Source of the DNA: Clostridium sp. CAG:914
GTDB taxonomy: Bacteria > Bacillota_I > Bacilli_A > RF39 > UBA660
Assembly: GCA_000437895.1 (NCBI GenBank)
Contig: FR902161.1
Span: forward strand, 46,642 to 110,641
Direction: 5' to 3'
Length of the DNA stretch: 64,000 nt
Shown in pieces: positions 1 to 13,868 of the stretch. The notes under the pieces were generated by a model, which did no database searches, was not told where the DNA came from, and worked only from the letters and a program-made list of their open reading frames with translations. The position numbers were made by a program, and so were the translations under genes. Every line of letters begins with the position of its first letter. Position 1 is the stretch's first letter.

Positions 1-296
1 TTTTTTTTAAATACATTTCACGTTTTATCATAACTTTTCTTTCCTTTCTATTATTTGAATATATTTTATCATTTTATTTTTATTTTGTCAAATAGTTTCG
101 AGTATACTCTAAACTTCTCTGTATTTTTAAAAAGCTTAGACTTGTTATTATTTCTGTTTCTCTTATTTTTTTGATAGCTAGATATGGTGAAAAGGCAAAT
201 AATTACTAAAACTAATTTACTCTTTTTAATTGCTGATAATTCTTATCTAATTACAAAATACTTGCCATCACTATGAAAAATAACACTTTGATAGTG

Positions 297-2579
297 TTAT
301 TTTTCTTGGAATAAATCATTATATATTTCTATATAATCATCAACATATTTAATTTTTAATTTGGATGTTATACTTTTATCTATTTCCATTACTTCTTCTT
401 TATTATCTAATGGAACATAAACTGTTTTTATATTACTTATTGTAGCAGTTATTAGTTTTTCTTTTAATCCTCCCACTGGTAATATTTTACCTCTTAAAGT
501 TATTTCTCCAGTCATACTTACAGTATTAGGTATAGTCATCTTTTTTAAAGTACTAATTAAAGATGTAACTATGGAAACTCCAGCTGATGGTCCATCTTTA
601 GGAATACTTCCTTCTTCAAAATGAATATGAAAATTATTAGTAAATAGACTATAATCAATATTAAATATTTCACTATTTTCTTTTATATAGCTTAGGGCAA
701 TGGTGGTACTTTCTTTCATGACATTTCCTATTTGTCCCGTTATTTCTATATTACCATTTCCTTTGTAGTAGACAGATGTGGTTTTTAAAACTAATCCACC
801 ATATGGGGTATAAGCTAATGTATTGACTATACCTGGTTTAGCACATTTATTATTATATAAATATTTATATTTATAGTTACCTAAGTACTTTTTTATATCT
901 TCTATTTCATTACCATCATATGAGTATGTAATGTGTTTTCTATAAATATTTGTTATACATCTATTTAGTTCTCTAATACCAGCTTCTTTTGTGTAATATA
1001 TAATTATTTCTTTAATTACTTTATCTGAGAATGTTAAATTCAAATTATATTCTTTATTTAGTGATGGAATAATATATTCTTCTGCAATACTTTCTTTTTC
1101 TTCGATAGTATAACTATTTAATTCTATGATTTCTAATCTGTCTTTTATTTCAGTTGGAATGGATGATAGATCATTTGCTGTTAATATGAACATTACTTTT
1201 GATAAATCAAATTCTTCTTCAATATAATTATCTACAAATCTGTTATTTTGTTCTTTATCTAATATATCTAATAGAGATGCTATTGGATTTGATTTATTAT
1301 TTGAATTCATTTTATCTATTTCATCTATTAAAAATACTGGATTATTAGATTTAACTTTCTTTAATCCTTGAATAATTTTTCCTGGATATGATCCTATGTA
1401 TGTTTTTCTATGACCAATTATCTCACTTACATCATCTAAGCCCCCCACACTTATTTTAACAAAATTTTTATTTAAGGCATTAGCAATTGATTTAGCCATT
1501 GTTGTTTTTCCTACTCCAGGAGGACCTACAAAGCAAATTATAGATTGGTCTTTATCACATATATCTTTAGTAGCTATATATTCTATAATTCTTTCTTTTA
1601 TTTCATTTAATCCATAATGACTATTATCTAAAACATTTTTTATTTTAGAAATATCTTTATTGTCTTCTGTAGATATTTCCCAGGGTAGTGACATTAGGCA
1701 TTCTATGTAATTTCTAATTATTCCTACTTCTGGTGAATTATCAGAGAGCATTTCATATTTTTCTATTTCTTTTTGAATTCTTTCTTTTATTTTTTCTGGT
1801 GCTTGTAGAGACAATAATTTTTGTTTTATCTCTTTTATATCATTTTCTTTTAAGTTATCTTCTTCTAGTTCTTCTTTTATTAATCTTATTTTTTCTCTTA
1901 ATATATAATTTCTTTGTTCTATATCTATTTTTGATTTTAGTGTTGTTTCTATTTCATCTTCTATTTTAACAGTTTCTATCTCTTTATGTAGGTCTTCAAT
2001 AGTTAATTTTAATCTATTCATAGGATTAGTCATTTCAATATATTTTAATTTATCATGATAATCTATTGGTAGTTCAAAGGCTATAATATCTGATAATCTT
2101 CCTATGTTATTTATTCCATTAATTCTTCCTAATACATTATTAGATATATATGGTGATATTTCTATATATTCATTTAAATCTTTTAATAGAATTCTTTTTA
2201 AGGCTGTTGCTTCCATTTCATCAAAATCATATTCTTTAGTACTTACAACATATGAATATAAATTATTATCATTATCTTCAACATAGTTTAAAACTTCTAC
2301 CCTATCTATACCTATTAAAACTAGTCTAACTAATCCATTTGGTAGTTCTATTTTTGATTTTATTTTAGCTAAAATAGCTATTTTGGGTAGATGTCTTATA
2401 CTTGGTTTTTCTTCAACAAAATCAGGGACATTGACACAAAGGATGTAATTTTCATGATTTTGTTCACTTATATTTAATACTTTTTTATCTTCTCCTTTAG
2501 ATATTTCTATTCTAATTTCGTTAAAAGGAAGTAAAATTAATTCTTTTAACAAGAGTACTGGTAAATTAGTTTCAATCAT
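297..2579 (-). CDS. lon: ATP-dependent Lon protease
   Basis: 760 aa; Walker A GPPGVGKTT; AAA+ core; C-terminal PKDGPSAG catalytic Ser motif of the Lon S16 domain. Confidence 0.92.
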   Translation of the reverse strand: MIETNLPVLLLKELILLPFNEIRIEISKGEDKKVLNISEQNHENYILCVNVPDFVEEKPSIRHLPKIAILAKIKSKIELPNGLVRLVLIGIDRVEVLNYVEDNDNNLYSYVVSTKEYDFDEMEATALKRILLKDLNEYIEISPYISNNVLGRINGINNIGRLSDIIAFELPIDYHDKLKYIEMTNPMNRLKLTIEDLHKEIETVKIEDEIETTLKSKIDIEQRNYILREKIRLIKEELEEDNLKENDIKEIKQKLLSLQAPEKIKERIQKEIEKYEMLSDNSPEVGIIRNYIECLMSLPWEISTEDNKDISKIKNVLDNSHYGLNEIKERIIEYIATKDICDKDQSIICFVGPPGVGKTTMAKSIANALNKNFVKISVGGLDDVSEIIGHRKTYIGSYPGKIIQGLKKVKSNNPVFLIDEIDKMNSNNKSNPIASLLDILDKEQNNRFVDNYIEEEFDLSKVMFILTANDLSSIPTEIKDRLEIIELNSYTIEEKESIAEEYIIPSLNKEYNLNLTFSDKVIKEIIIYYTKEAGIRELNRCITNIYRKHITYSYDGNEIEDIKKYLGNYKYKYLYNNKCAKPGIVNTLAYTPYGGLVLKTTSVYYKGNGNIEITGQIGNVMKESTTIALSYIKENSEIFNIDYSLFTNNFHIHFEEGSIPKDGPSAGVSIVTSLISTLKKMTIPNTVSMTGEITLRGKILPVGGLKEKLITATISNIKTVYVPLDNKEEVMEIDKSITSKLKIKYVDDYIEIYNDLFQEK

Positions 2580-2772
2580 AGAACAACCTACTTTCTTTAA
2601 AAAAATGATTAGTTTATTACTATAACTATATATATAATAATAAAGCTAATCACTTCCTTTTCTTGACTTAATATTCTAGCATAAGAACATTTTATATCAA
2701 GTTATTTTACACATTTTTTACAAGAAAATAAATGGTAATTTTTGAGATAAAAAGACTACTAATTTTTGTAGT

Positions 2773-3936
2773 CTAAGTAGATATTCTTTTTTTCTTTGAA
2801 TGGGTTGTTTTGTTATTGTGTTTATATGTTTCATAGTTTACTCTTTGTATTAATCCCATAGCGAAGAAAATCGTTAAGGTATATGATCCTCCATATGATA
2901 GGAATGGTAGTGGAACTCCAGTTAATGGTGCTAACCCCATAACACCCAATAGATTAATTACAATATGTAAGAAGAAATATGATGTTACGCCTATTCCTAT
3001 TATAGAATTACTTAGGGTTTGTGCATTTTTGGTTATTTTTATCATTCTGTATAGCATATATAGATATATTAATATTATTATTATGCCAACGATTAATCCC
3101 CATTCTTCTACGATTATTGGATATATGAAATCGGTATGTGCTTCTGGTAAATACAAGTATTTTTGAGTACTTTCACCAATTCCTTTTCCTTTTAATCCAC
3201 CATTTTTAAAAGCAATTAAACTGTTACATAGTTGATATCCAGAATCTTCAGAATATCTTTCACATGGACGTAAGAAGTTTAATCTTTCTTTTTGATAGTC
3301 TTTTAGAAATGAAAAATTTGTAAGTACTGCAAAAAAAGCAAAGGCTGTTCCTCCAATAAGGAGTATTCTGGTAACTATTTTTCTTTGACCTTTTCTAACA
3401 GGTATAACATAATATATGATTAATGATATTAAGGCAATTATGCTGGCAGTTCCTAAGTCTGGTTGCATAGCTACCAATAAAAAGACTATTATACATAGCA
3501 TCATTGGTTTTAATATTGTTATTTGGTCATCTAAGTGATCTTTATTTTTTTCATAGTAATTGGCTAGAAATAGAATTAGAAATGGTTTAATAAACTCACT
3601 TGGTTGTAATGATATTGGTCCTATATAATACCAACTTTTGGCTGTTGGGTTAAATTTATCCCCTATTATTAATAGCAAAAATAATGATATAGTTATAAGT
3701 ATTGTTACTGTAAATGATGTTTTTTTGAATACTTTTGTGGGAAAATACAAAGTTATTAAAAAGGCTATTAATCCACATAAAACAAATATTCCTTGTCTAA
3801 TTAAGTAGTAATTAATACTTTTGTTATATCTCATATATGATGCCATTGATGAAGCACTTAGTATCATAATCATACCAAAAATGGTTAATGCTATCATTAT
3901 AAATAAAAGTTGTTTATCTAATTTAGTACTTTTCAT
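2773..3936 (-). CDS. FtsW/RodA/SpoVE family peptidoglycan glycosyltransferase (SEDS)
   Basis: 387 aa polytopic membrane protein; C-terminal GLAPLTGVPLPFLSYGGS signature of the SEDS family. Confidence 0.85.
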   Translation of the reverse strand: MKSTKLDKQLLFIMIALTIFGMIMILSASSMASYMRYNKSINYYLIRQGIFVLCGLIAFLITLYFPTKVFKKTSFTVTILITISLFLLLIIGDKFNPTAKSWYYIGPISLQPSEFIKPFLILFLANYYEKNKDHLDDQITILKPMMLCIIVFLLVAMQPDLGTASIIALISLIIYYVIPVRKGQRKIVTRILLIGGTAFAFFAVLTNFSFLKDYQKERLNFLRPCERYSEDSGYQLCNSLIAFKNGGLKGKGIGESTQKYLYLPEAHTDFIYPIIVEEWGLIVGIIIILIYLYMLYRMIKITKNAQTLSNSIIGIGVTSYFFLHIVINLLGVMGLAPLTGVPLPFLSYGGSYTLTIFFAMGLIQRVNYETYKHNNKTTHSKKKRIST

Positions 3937-4007
3937 TTATATCCCTCTATTATAATAATAACACATGATAATTAATTATTTTATCTTTTTTTATAACTTT
4001 ACATTAT

Positions 4008-5192
<1,185 letters not shown>

Positions 5193-5244
5193 TTATTTTA
5201 ACCAAACTATATAAAAAAAGCCACAGTATGTGACTTAATTTTTC

Positions 5245-6669
5245 TTATAAAAATATAGTTAATACTACTACTAAAGCTAATAATACTACTAAATATAGAA
5301 TAAATCTCCATATGTATTTTAACCATGTTGTATATGGTACATCTAAGTATGTTAAGCATACGATTAAGATGATACTTGTTGGTCCTACTATAGATATTAT
5401 TCCATAAATTCCTTGGAATAGAATAGCTACAGAAGATAATATTGTTTCATCTGTAATTAATGCTAACATTGGAGAAAATACACTTGATGCAATGTAATAG
5501 ATATCAACATGTGTTATACATCCTAGTATAGCAATTAAACTAGATAATCCAAAATTAAATTTGCCATAACTAGTAATCATATTTTCTATAAATCCATTGT
5601 TATATACACAAACTAATATAGTATATGCTGTAAGTACTAGTGCTACTGAAGGTAACATTTTTTTAGCTCCTTCAATAAAGCCTTCTATCATATCATCAAA
5701 TTTCATTTTAGATACTAATTTAATAATAAAGATAAATACTAGTAATAATATCATTAACATCATATAGTTTCCTAATTCAATCCATGCTCCAAATCCTTTG
5801 AAATATTTTGAAATAATATTAGGGAATATAGCAAATTCTTTAATTGATAAACCTGTTAACCAAGTATGAAATTTATCAAAGCAATCTATACCAAATAATG
5901 AATTCCAAGGCATCATACCTAATACCATCAGTATAAATATTAATGATAAAATTACTATAATTGGCCAAGTCTTTATATCTTTGTAATTTCCTTTTACTTC
6001 AGTAACTAATAAATCTGTATTATCATTTATTTCATATTTAACTTTTTTCTCTTCAACTGCCTTAATATGTTTACTTATATAGAATATTAGTAATGCGATT
6101 GCTGCAAATAATAGTAATAATTTAGGAAAAATATTAGCAAATTTATTTTCTAGTCCCACAAATTCTTCAAAAGTAGTAGTACTTACACCATAATAATCAG
6201 CTGGATTCCTAAATGTTACAAATATTCCTCCAATGTATCCGATAAGTGTACTTCCTACAGTAGCTGATATTGCTACTAATTTATCATATCCTAATAATAG
6301 AATTATAGAAATGACAAATGGTATAAATATCAAAAGTGGTAATACATTTCCTGTTAGTGATGCTACTATAGCAAATATTATTATTACAGCATAAATAAAT
6401 TTCTTATTAAGTGGTTTTACAGAAGTAACTATTTTATCTAGTAGTTTTTTATATGAACTACTTTTGTTTAATACACCATAAAATCCTCCAATAACAAATA
6501 TAAATAAAACTGTATCGAAGAAATAATACATTGATTGAAGACCATTTAAGAAAACATCTCCTAAACCAATATAATTAAATTCTCCTCCTCTTCCTTTTAG
6601 GAAGTAACTTAGAATAATCATGATAAACATAATTATTCCTAAAATTTTAAACAAACCATGTTTTTTCAT
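5245..6669 (-). CDS. YfcC/DcuC-like family membrane transporter
   Basis: 474 aa, about 12 TM; the segment DTVLFIFVIGGFYGVLNKS resembles the conserved viGGafgi..ktG region of the YfcC family. Confidence 0.45.
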   Translation of the reverse strand: MKKHGLFKILGIIMFIMIILSYFLKGRGGEFNYIGLGDVFLNGLQSMYYFFDTVLFIFVIGGFYGVLNKSSSYKKLLDKIVTSVKPLNKKFIYAVIIIFAIVASLTGNVLPLLIFIPFVISIILLLGYDKLVAISATVGSTLIGYIGGIFVTFRNPADYYGVSTTTFEEFVGLENKFANIFPKLLLLFAAIALLIFYISKHIKAVEEKKVKYEINDNTDLLVTEVKGNYKDIKTWPIIVILSLIFILMVLGMMPWNSLFGIDCFDKFHTWLTGLSIKEFAIFPNIISKYFKGFGAWIELGNYMMLMILLLVFIFIIKLVSKMKFDDMIEGFIEGAKKMLPSVALVLTAYTILVCVYNNGFIENMITSYGKFNFGLSSLIAILGCITHVDIYYIASSVFSPMLALITDETILSSVAILFQGIYGIISIVGPTSIILIVCLTYLDVPYTTWLKYIWRFILYLVVLLALVVVLTIFL

Positions 6670-6698
6670 ATATCCTCCTTTGTTTTGTAAAACCCTAT

Positions 6699-8177
<1,479 letters not shown>

Positions 8178-8765
8178 TTACCCTCTTTCTGATATAACTT
8201 TAGTTTTTCCAATTATATCATGTAGTCCTCTTTTATCTTTTCTATATACAACCATTATGGTAGTAATTATTATAAAAATAGACTCTATTATTGTGATTAA
8301 TGATACTCCAACGAAATAATTATTTTTTGGTATAATGTACACTAATAAAATACTTAATATCATTGAAATAACATTATATATAAATAATGATCTAAGAATA
8401 ATTTGCTTCATATTAACAGGATTATTAGTTTCATTATCTACAACTCTAATTTTAAGTAGTTTTTTACCTATTGTTTGTCCTTTATTTAATGCTTGGAATA
8501 CTACAAAATAACCAATAAATAATATAACTTGACAACTATTAGCTATGACATTATTTTTTTGTGATTCGTATAGTAAATTATTGTATTCCTCTATATATTT
8601 CTCTTGTGTTACTTCACCATTAACAAAGTTTTCAGTTAATTTTGTCATTTTTTCAGATGTTTCTGTATCAGCGCTTAATCCAGATACAACTAATGAAAAA
8701 ACGAGTGAAACAATAAATATATCTAATATATATGCTACCATTCTTTCAAAAAAACCAGAATTCAT
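8178..8765 (-). CDS. RDD family membrane protein
   Basis: 195 aa; 3 TM; C-terminal R..LHD.I..T.V motif typical of the RDD domain. Confidence 0.5.
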   Translation of the reverse strand: MNSGFFERMVAYILDIFIVSLVFSLVVSGLSADTETSEKMTKLTENFVNGEVTQEKYIEEYNNLLYESQKNNVIANSCQVILFIGYFVVFQALNKGQTIGKKLLKIRVVDNETNNPVNMKQIILRSLFIYNVISMILSILLVYIIPKNNYFVGVSLITIIESIFIIITTIMVVYRKDKRGLHDIIGKTKVISERG

Positions 8766-9764
8766 TTAATCACCTTCTTCATAATTATATAATTTTTTTT
8801 TGTAATTATCAAGTATTTCTATAATTTCGGTATAAGTTTTTGCTTTAAAACAAGCTAATTTTATTTCTTTATGATAAGGTATAGTTTTAACATACCATGC
8901 AATATGACTTCTCATTTCAAGGACAGCTACATTTTCTTTTTTAAACTCCATAAGATAGTTTAAATGTTTATAACACATATTTATTCTATCTATATAAGTT
9001 GGTTGTGGTAATAAATTTCCTGTTTTTAAATATGTATCTATTTCTTTAACTAACCATGGATTTCCTAATAAAGCTCTTCCTATCATTATGGCATCACATT
9101 TAGTGTATTCAAGCATCTTTTTAGCACTATAAACATCTTTAATATCACCATTTCCAATAACGGGTATAGAAACATTCTCTTTAACCTTTTTAATAATATC
9201 TAAGTCAACATCTCCTGAATATCCTTGACTCCTTGTTCTTCCATGAATAGTAATAGCACTTGCTCCGGCTTGTTCACATATTTTAGCAATTTCTATAGCA
9301 TTTATATTTTTGCTGTCCCAGCCACTTCTTATTTTTACAGTAACTTCGGCATCTACATTTTTTTTCACTTGGGATACTATGTCATATACTAATTGTGGAT
9401 TTTTTAACAAAGCAGATCCAGAATTTGATTTAACAGCAACTTTTGGTACAGGACACCCCATATTTATATCAATTATTTTTATTGGGTACAATTGACATAA
9501 TTTTTTAGCAGCTTTAGCCATTGTTTCGGGATTAGAACCAAATATTTGAACTCCAATAGGCATTTTTAATGTTTCAATACCATTTAACATATCAAAAGTT
9601 TTTTTATTATCTCTAACAATTGCTTCAGTACTTAATAATTCGGTGAATGCTAATCCTGCAGACATTTCTTCAATTATTTTCATATATGAAGGATTAGAAA
9701 TACCAGCCATTGGCGCCATTACTACTTGATTTTCTATATTTATATCACCTATTTTAAAAGCCAT
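8766..9764 (-). CDS. dusB: tRNA-dihydrouridine synthase
   Basis: VMAPMAGISNPSYMKI FMN-binding TIM-barrel signature. I chose the ATG at 9764 (MAFKIGD) as the likely start because AAAGGAGA lies 8 nt upstream; the ORF track extends to 9788. Confidence 0.85.
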   Translation of the reverse strand: MAFKIGDINIENQVVMAPMAGISNPSYMKIIEEMSAGLAFTELLSTEAIVRDNKKTFDMLNGIETLKMPIGVQIFGSNPETMAKAAKKLCQLYPIKIIDINMGCPVPKVAVKSNSGSALLKNPQLVYDIVSQVKKNVDAEVTVKIRSGWDSKNINAIEIAKICEQAGASAITIHGRTRSQGYSGDVDLDIIKKVKENVSIPVIGNGDIKDVYSAKKMLEYTKCDAIMIGRALLGNPWLVKEIDTYLKTGNLLPQPTYIDRINMCYKHLNYLMEFKKENVAVLEMRSHIAWYVKTIPYHKEIKLACFKAKTYTEIIEILDNYKKKLYNYEEGD

Positions 9765-9841
9765 TATTATTTCTCCTTTTCTTAACACTGCTTATTATAT
9801 AATAAAATATTATTCTAAGCAAGTAAGGTTTTTAAACTATG

Positions 9842-9865
9842 AAAAAAGAGGATATGTCCTCTTTT
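9842..9865 (-). terminator. rho-independent terminator downstream of the surface-protein gene
   Basis: AAAGAGGA-CATA-TCCTCTTT hairpin flanked by an A-run and a T-run. Confidence 0.5.
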
Positions 9866-9871
9866 AATTAT

Positions 9872-11257
9872 CTACACTGTTGGTGTTAAAACAATTTCTT
9901 TTACTTGTCCAGCTTTTGATTTAGCTTTAATATTTAACCCATTTTGACTAACATATTGAACTGATAATTTTAAATTTCTATTATCTTTACCTTCGATGCC
10001 TGCTATGATAGGACTATTTTGGTAGTACTCCCATGTTACGTCTATATTTGATTGTAGGTGTAAACTTTTTTCACCTTTAAAGGTACAATATAGTCTTTCA
10101 TCTCTTTCATTACAAGTTATGCCATTTGAACGATTGCTAATGTTTATTTTTGGTTCAACATAAATTGTTGTTTTTGCTTCTTTATTATTAACTTTTACTG
10201 TAACAGGTATGCTAGAAGTACTGCCCCACCAATCACGTGCTGTTAGAGTGGCTGTTTTTCCATTTATACTAATATACGCTGGTGCAGTATAACCAGTTGC
10301 ATCTGGTGCAGACCAAGTAATTAAACTATTTGGAACACTATAACCATTAGAATCAATATTAGCAGTGATTGTTGTACTAGTAATTGTACCATATTTAGAA
10401 ATTGTTTTGTTTACTACTGAAAGTGTTATACTTCTTACATCAGAAGTCACTTTTGCGGTAGCAGTCTTACCATTTGATGTTTTAACCGTTATAGTTGCTT
10501 CTCCTAAACCTACAGCTTTTATGTTACCATTTTTATCGACAGTAATAACATTAGGATTATTACTACTCCATGTTACTGTTTTATCTTTAGCATTATCCGG
10601 TTTAACTGTTGCTACTAGTTTATCAGTAGTATTAACTACCATAGTCTTGTTTGTTGTATTTAATTCAACTCCTGTTGGTTCAACTAATGTTGTACTTGAA
10701 GAAGGTTTACTTTCTTTACTTGAACTACTACTTGATGGTTCTTTTTCCCATACTGCATATAAAGTCACACTTTCGCTTAATAATGCTTCATTATAAATTG
10801 GTGTTCCATTTTCAGTTTCCCAAGTTACAAACTTATATCCTGCTTTTGTTGGATTTTGTGGTAGTTTTAAAGTTTCTCCTTTGACAATAATTATGTCTTC
10901 AATTTTACTTCCTCCATTTGTATCAAATTTAATTGTAATGGTATCAGCTGTTTCACTAATCCAAGTTGCTTTTAATGTAACATCTTTAGTTACAACATAT
11001 ATGCTTGGTATTATTTTTCCTGTCTCATCAATCCAACCATTGAAAATATATCCTTCTTTTACCGCTATTGGTAATGTTACTGTTTCTTTTTCTTTAGCAG
11101 TTATACTTTCAAGACTATTTCCTCCATCAGTATCAAAAGATATTGTATACTTTTTATTACCTAGAGTTAAAAGAATAGCAACAATAATGATGGCAATGAC
11201 TGCTAAAGTCCCTAATATTCCAAACAATATTTTTTTGTTTTCTAATATTTTTTTCAT
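9872..11257 (-). CDS. cell-surface protein with Listeria-Bacteroides (Flg_new) repeats and Big_2 Ig-like domains
   Basis: 461 aa; N-terminal signal anchor. There are two TxxFDTNGG...G(Y)xFxGW repeats, a Ser-rich linker, and two Big_2-like segments (VTWSSNNPNVITVDKNGNIKAVGLGEATITV). Confidence 0.6.
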   Translation of the reverse strand: MKKILENKKILFGILGTLAVIAIIIVAILLTLGNKKYTISFDTDGGNSLESITAKEKETVTLPIAVKEGYIFNGWIDETGKIIPSIYVVTKDVTLKATWISETADTITIKFDTNGGSKIEDIIIVKGETLKLPQNPTKAGYKFVTWETENGTPIYNEALLSESVTLYAVWEKEPSSSSSSKESKPSSSTTLVEPTGVELNTTNKTMVVNTTDKLVATVKPDNAKDKTVTWSSNNPNVITVDKNGNIKAVGLGEATITVKTSNGKTATAKVTSDVRSITLSVVNKTISKYGTITSTTITANIDSNGYSVPNSLITWSAPDATGYTAPAYISINGKTATLTARDWWGSTSSIPVTVKVNNKEAKTTIYVEPKINISNRSNGITCNERDERLYCTFKGEKSLHLQSNIDVTWEYYQNSPIIAGIEGKDNRNLKLSVQYVSQNGLNIKAKSKAGQVKEIVLTPTV

Positions 11258-11411
11258 TTCACTCCTCCTCTAGTTAATTATAACATTAAATCTTAGAAAT
11301 GTCTATATGTAAAAAGTCATAGTAGAAATTACTTTGTATATAAAAAATCGGTAAATAAACTATTATTATTTTTAGTATTTTTCTACGATTAGATTGGATA
11401 TTAATTGTTTT

Positions 11412-12572
11412 TTATTCATTAACTTTAATTTGTCTTAATATGTTTTCATATTCTTTTTTATTTAAATATGATTTATCTAAATAATTATTTTTTATATTAT
11501 TATTTTTATATTTTAATATTTTATAAACTGACTCATTAATAGTATTTTCATCTATTTCTTTATTAATAATTGCTTCTTTTATGTAATCAATTGCTTTTTG
11601 TGGATCATTTGGCATAAGTAATAAGTCTACACCTGCATTTATTGCCATAATATATATTTGTTTATATGTATAATTATTAGTTAGCGCTTTCATATTAAGG
11701 GCATCTGTTACTACTAATCCTTGATAGTTGTATTTTTCTTTTAGCAGGCTAGTAATTATTTCTTTTGAGATAGATGAAGGAGTATTGTCTCTAGTTATAT
11801 TAGGAAGGGCAATATGTCCTATCATAATCATATTAGTATTTTTAATAGATTTTGTGAATGGGATTAAATCACTAGTTTCTAATTCTTCAATAGTTTTATT
11901 TACAATAGGTAGTGATATGTGTGAATCAGTTTCGGTAGCACCATGTCCAGGAAAATGTTTAATACATGTATTTATTCCATTATCTTCTATACCTTTTTTT
12001 AAAGATGTTGCCATATTATATACTGTTTCTACATCACTTCCAAAGCTTCTTTTTCCTATTACTGTATTATTAACATTGGTGTATACGTCCATTACTGGTG
12101 CAAAAGTAAGATTAACGCCAATAGTCCTTAATTGTCTTGCCATAATTTTGCCTACTGAATATGCTAAATCCTTGTTATTAGTTTGTCCTAAATAATACAT
12201 ATAAGGTATATCAGTAACTTCAACATCACTAATACTTTTTAATCTTTGAACGGAACCTCCTTCTTGATCAATAGCTATTATCATAGGTATTTCCGAGTCA
12301 TTTTGCATACTTGTAACTAAATTTAATGTTTTATCATAGGTAGAAATATTATTATTCATTAGTATAAATCCACCTGGTTTTAATTCTTTTATAATACTTT
12401 TTATTTTTTCATCATATTCATTACTTGGATGATATATTATAAGCATTTGAGCTATTTTTTCTTCTAATGATAAGCTATCTAATATAATCTTTTCTTGGTC
12501 TAAATTGTTATTATTACATCCTGTAATAAACAATACAAAAACTATAAACATAATATTTATTTTATTTTTCAT
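11412..12572 (-). CDS. glycoside hydrolase family 3 beta-N-acetylhexosaminidase (NagZ-like) lipoprotein
   Basis: KHFPGHGATETDSH catalytic region; lipobox FITGC. I placed the start at 12572 (MKNKIN) because GAGG lies 6 nt upstream. Confidence 0.8.
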   Translation of the reverse strand: MKNKINIMFIVFVLFITGCNNNNLDQEKIILDSLSLEEKIAQMLIIYHPSNEYDEKIKSIIKELKPGGFILMNNNISTYDKTLNLVTSMQNDSEIPMIIAIDQEGGSVQRLKSISDVEVTDIPYMYYLGQTNNKDLAYSVGKIMARQLRTIGVNLTFAPVMDVYTNVNNTVIGKRSFGSDVETVYNMATSLKKGIEDNGINTCIKHFPGHGATETDSHISLPIVNKTIEELETSDLIPFTKSIKNTNMIMIGHIALPNITRDNTPSSISKEIITSLLKEKYNYQGLVVTDALNMKALTNNYTYKQIYIMAINAGVDLLLMPNDPQKAIDYIKEAIINKEIDENTINESVYKILKYKNNNIKNNYLDKSYLNKKEYENILRQIKVNE

Positions 12573-12713
12573 ATTTCGCCTCATGAAGATTATTTTTATA
12601 ATATAAAATTTTAACATTTATTGTCTAAATAAATTGTCTAATATTAAATCTATAGAAATGATTTTTATATTTGTTTTGATACATGATATAATTAGAAAGA
12701 AAGGAAATATATT

Positions 12714-13055
12714 ATGGAACATGAAATGAAATTACAAGATAAATATTATAATTATATACTAAATGGTACAAAAAGAATTGAACTTAGACTTTATGACGAA
12801 AAAAGACAACAAATTAAAATTGGGGATATTATAAAATTTTATAAAGAACCAAAATTAAAAGATATTTTTCGTGCAAAGGTTATTGGATTATTAAGATATA
12901 ATTCTTTTTATGATATGTTTAAAGATTTGGATATTTCTATATTAGCAGATGTTTCAATGACTAAGAATGAATTAATGGATGAACTATGTCGTTTTTATAC
13001 TGTTGATAATCAATTAAAATATGGTGTTATAGGAATTAGAATTGAATTATTATAA
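12714..13055 (+). CDS. ASCH (PUA-like) domain protein
   Basis: 113 aa; LNGTKRIELRLYDEKRQQIKIGDII matches the N-terminal beta-barrel of ASCH domains. Confidence 0.55.
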   Translation: MEHEMKLQDKYYNYILNGTKRIELRLYDEKRQQIKIGDIIKFYKEPKLKDIFRAKVIGLLRYNSFYDMFKDLDISILADVSMTKNELMDELCRFYTVDNQLKYGVIGIRIELL

Positions 13056-13307
13056 TTTAACTTGTTATTTAATGTACTTAATGATATATTACATACTAAT
13101 AAAATAATAAATGTACAGAACTATCTTGACAAATACATTATGAAAAATCGGATAAGGTATATAATGATATAAGTAGTTTAACAGTTTTTTCCTTTTTATA
13201 TGATGTCTCCTATTTGGGGTTCACATCAAACAATTCTTCCTTTTTATATTAAATCTGCCTTCTTTTTGAATTTACTATAGGAATAATTTTTTCAAAAGTT
13301 TAAGTAC

Positions 13308-13333
13308 AAAAAAACTAACTATTTCTAGTTAGC
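13308..13333 (-). terminator. rho-independent terminator of tRNA-Cys
   Basis: On the minus strand: GCTAACTA-GAAA-TAGTTAGT, a perfect 7-8 bp stem with a GNRA loop, followed by T7. Confidence 0.6.
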
Positions 13334-13377
13334 ATTTATTACTCTCGAAGTCTATTAGTTCGAGTTTCCTATCATAT

Positions 13378-13451
13378 TGGAGGACCCAGTCGGATTTGAA
13401 CCAACGATCAGGGAGTTGCAGTCCCACGCCTTACCACTTGGCTATAGGTCC
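13378..13451 (-). tRNA. tRNA-Cys (anticodon GCA), CCA encoded
   Basis: Reverse complement is GGACCTATAGCCAAGTGGTAAGGCGTGGGACTGCAACTCCCTGATCGTTGGTTCAAATCCGACTGGGTCCTCCA. It has a 7-bp acceptor stem, the anticodon loop CTGCAAC, the T-loop GGTTCAAATCC and a 3-prime CCA. Confidence 0.88.
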
Positions 13452-13610
13452 GTTTTGAATTAATTACATTATAGATTATAACAAATTAAATTTTATTTTT
13501 CAATATATTATATAAAAAAAATATAGGTTTATGCAATTAAAATGTATGTTAATATTAAAATAATAGTATATTTTTTACTTTTTGTTTAATTATAATAATG
13601 GTGAATAATA

Positions 13611-13820
13611 ATGGATATAGATATGAGAGAATATATTATTGGTAATTTTAAAGGTGATACAAAGGAAGAAATTGAAAATTCTATTGAAGAGTCCGTTAAA
13701 GAAAGTGAAGAAGATACTCTATTTGGTCTTGGAGTTCTATTTGAATTATATTGGAAAAATATTAGTGATAATGAAAAAGAAAATGTAGTAAATATTATTT
13801 ATAATTCTATCAATGATTGA
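13611..13820 (+). CDS. small acidic hypothetical protein (69 aa)
   Basis: GGTGA RBS lies upstream of the ATG; the gene is followed by a strong hairpin terminator; I recognise no known domain. Confidence 0.4.
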   Translation: MDIDMREYIIGNFKGDTKEEIENSIEESVKESEEDTLFGLGVLFELYWKNISDNEKENVVNIIYNSIND

Positions 13821-13827
13821 TATATTG

Positions 13828-13868
13828 AAAAGACATAAAATAAATTAAACTATTTTATGTCTTTTTTT
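13828..13868. terminator. bidirectional rho-independent terminator between converging genes
   Basis: AAGACATAAAATA...TATTTTATGTCTT 13-bp stem followed by T7. Confidence 0.6.

Noticed and set aside
1733-2286. Plus-strand ORFs (78 and 60 aa) inside lon
   Set aside because: F/L-rich low-complexity translations of the antisense strand of a well-supported gene; typical AT-rich shadow ORFs.
10365-11273. Three plus-strand ORFs (143, 77, 130 aa) inside the surface-protein gene
   Set aside because: Antisense to a gene with clear domain repeats; hydrophobic low-complexity products; no RBS.
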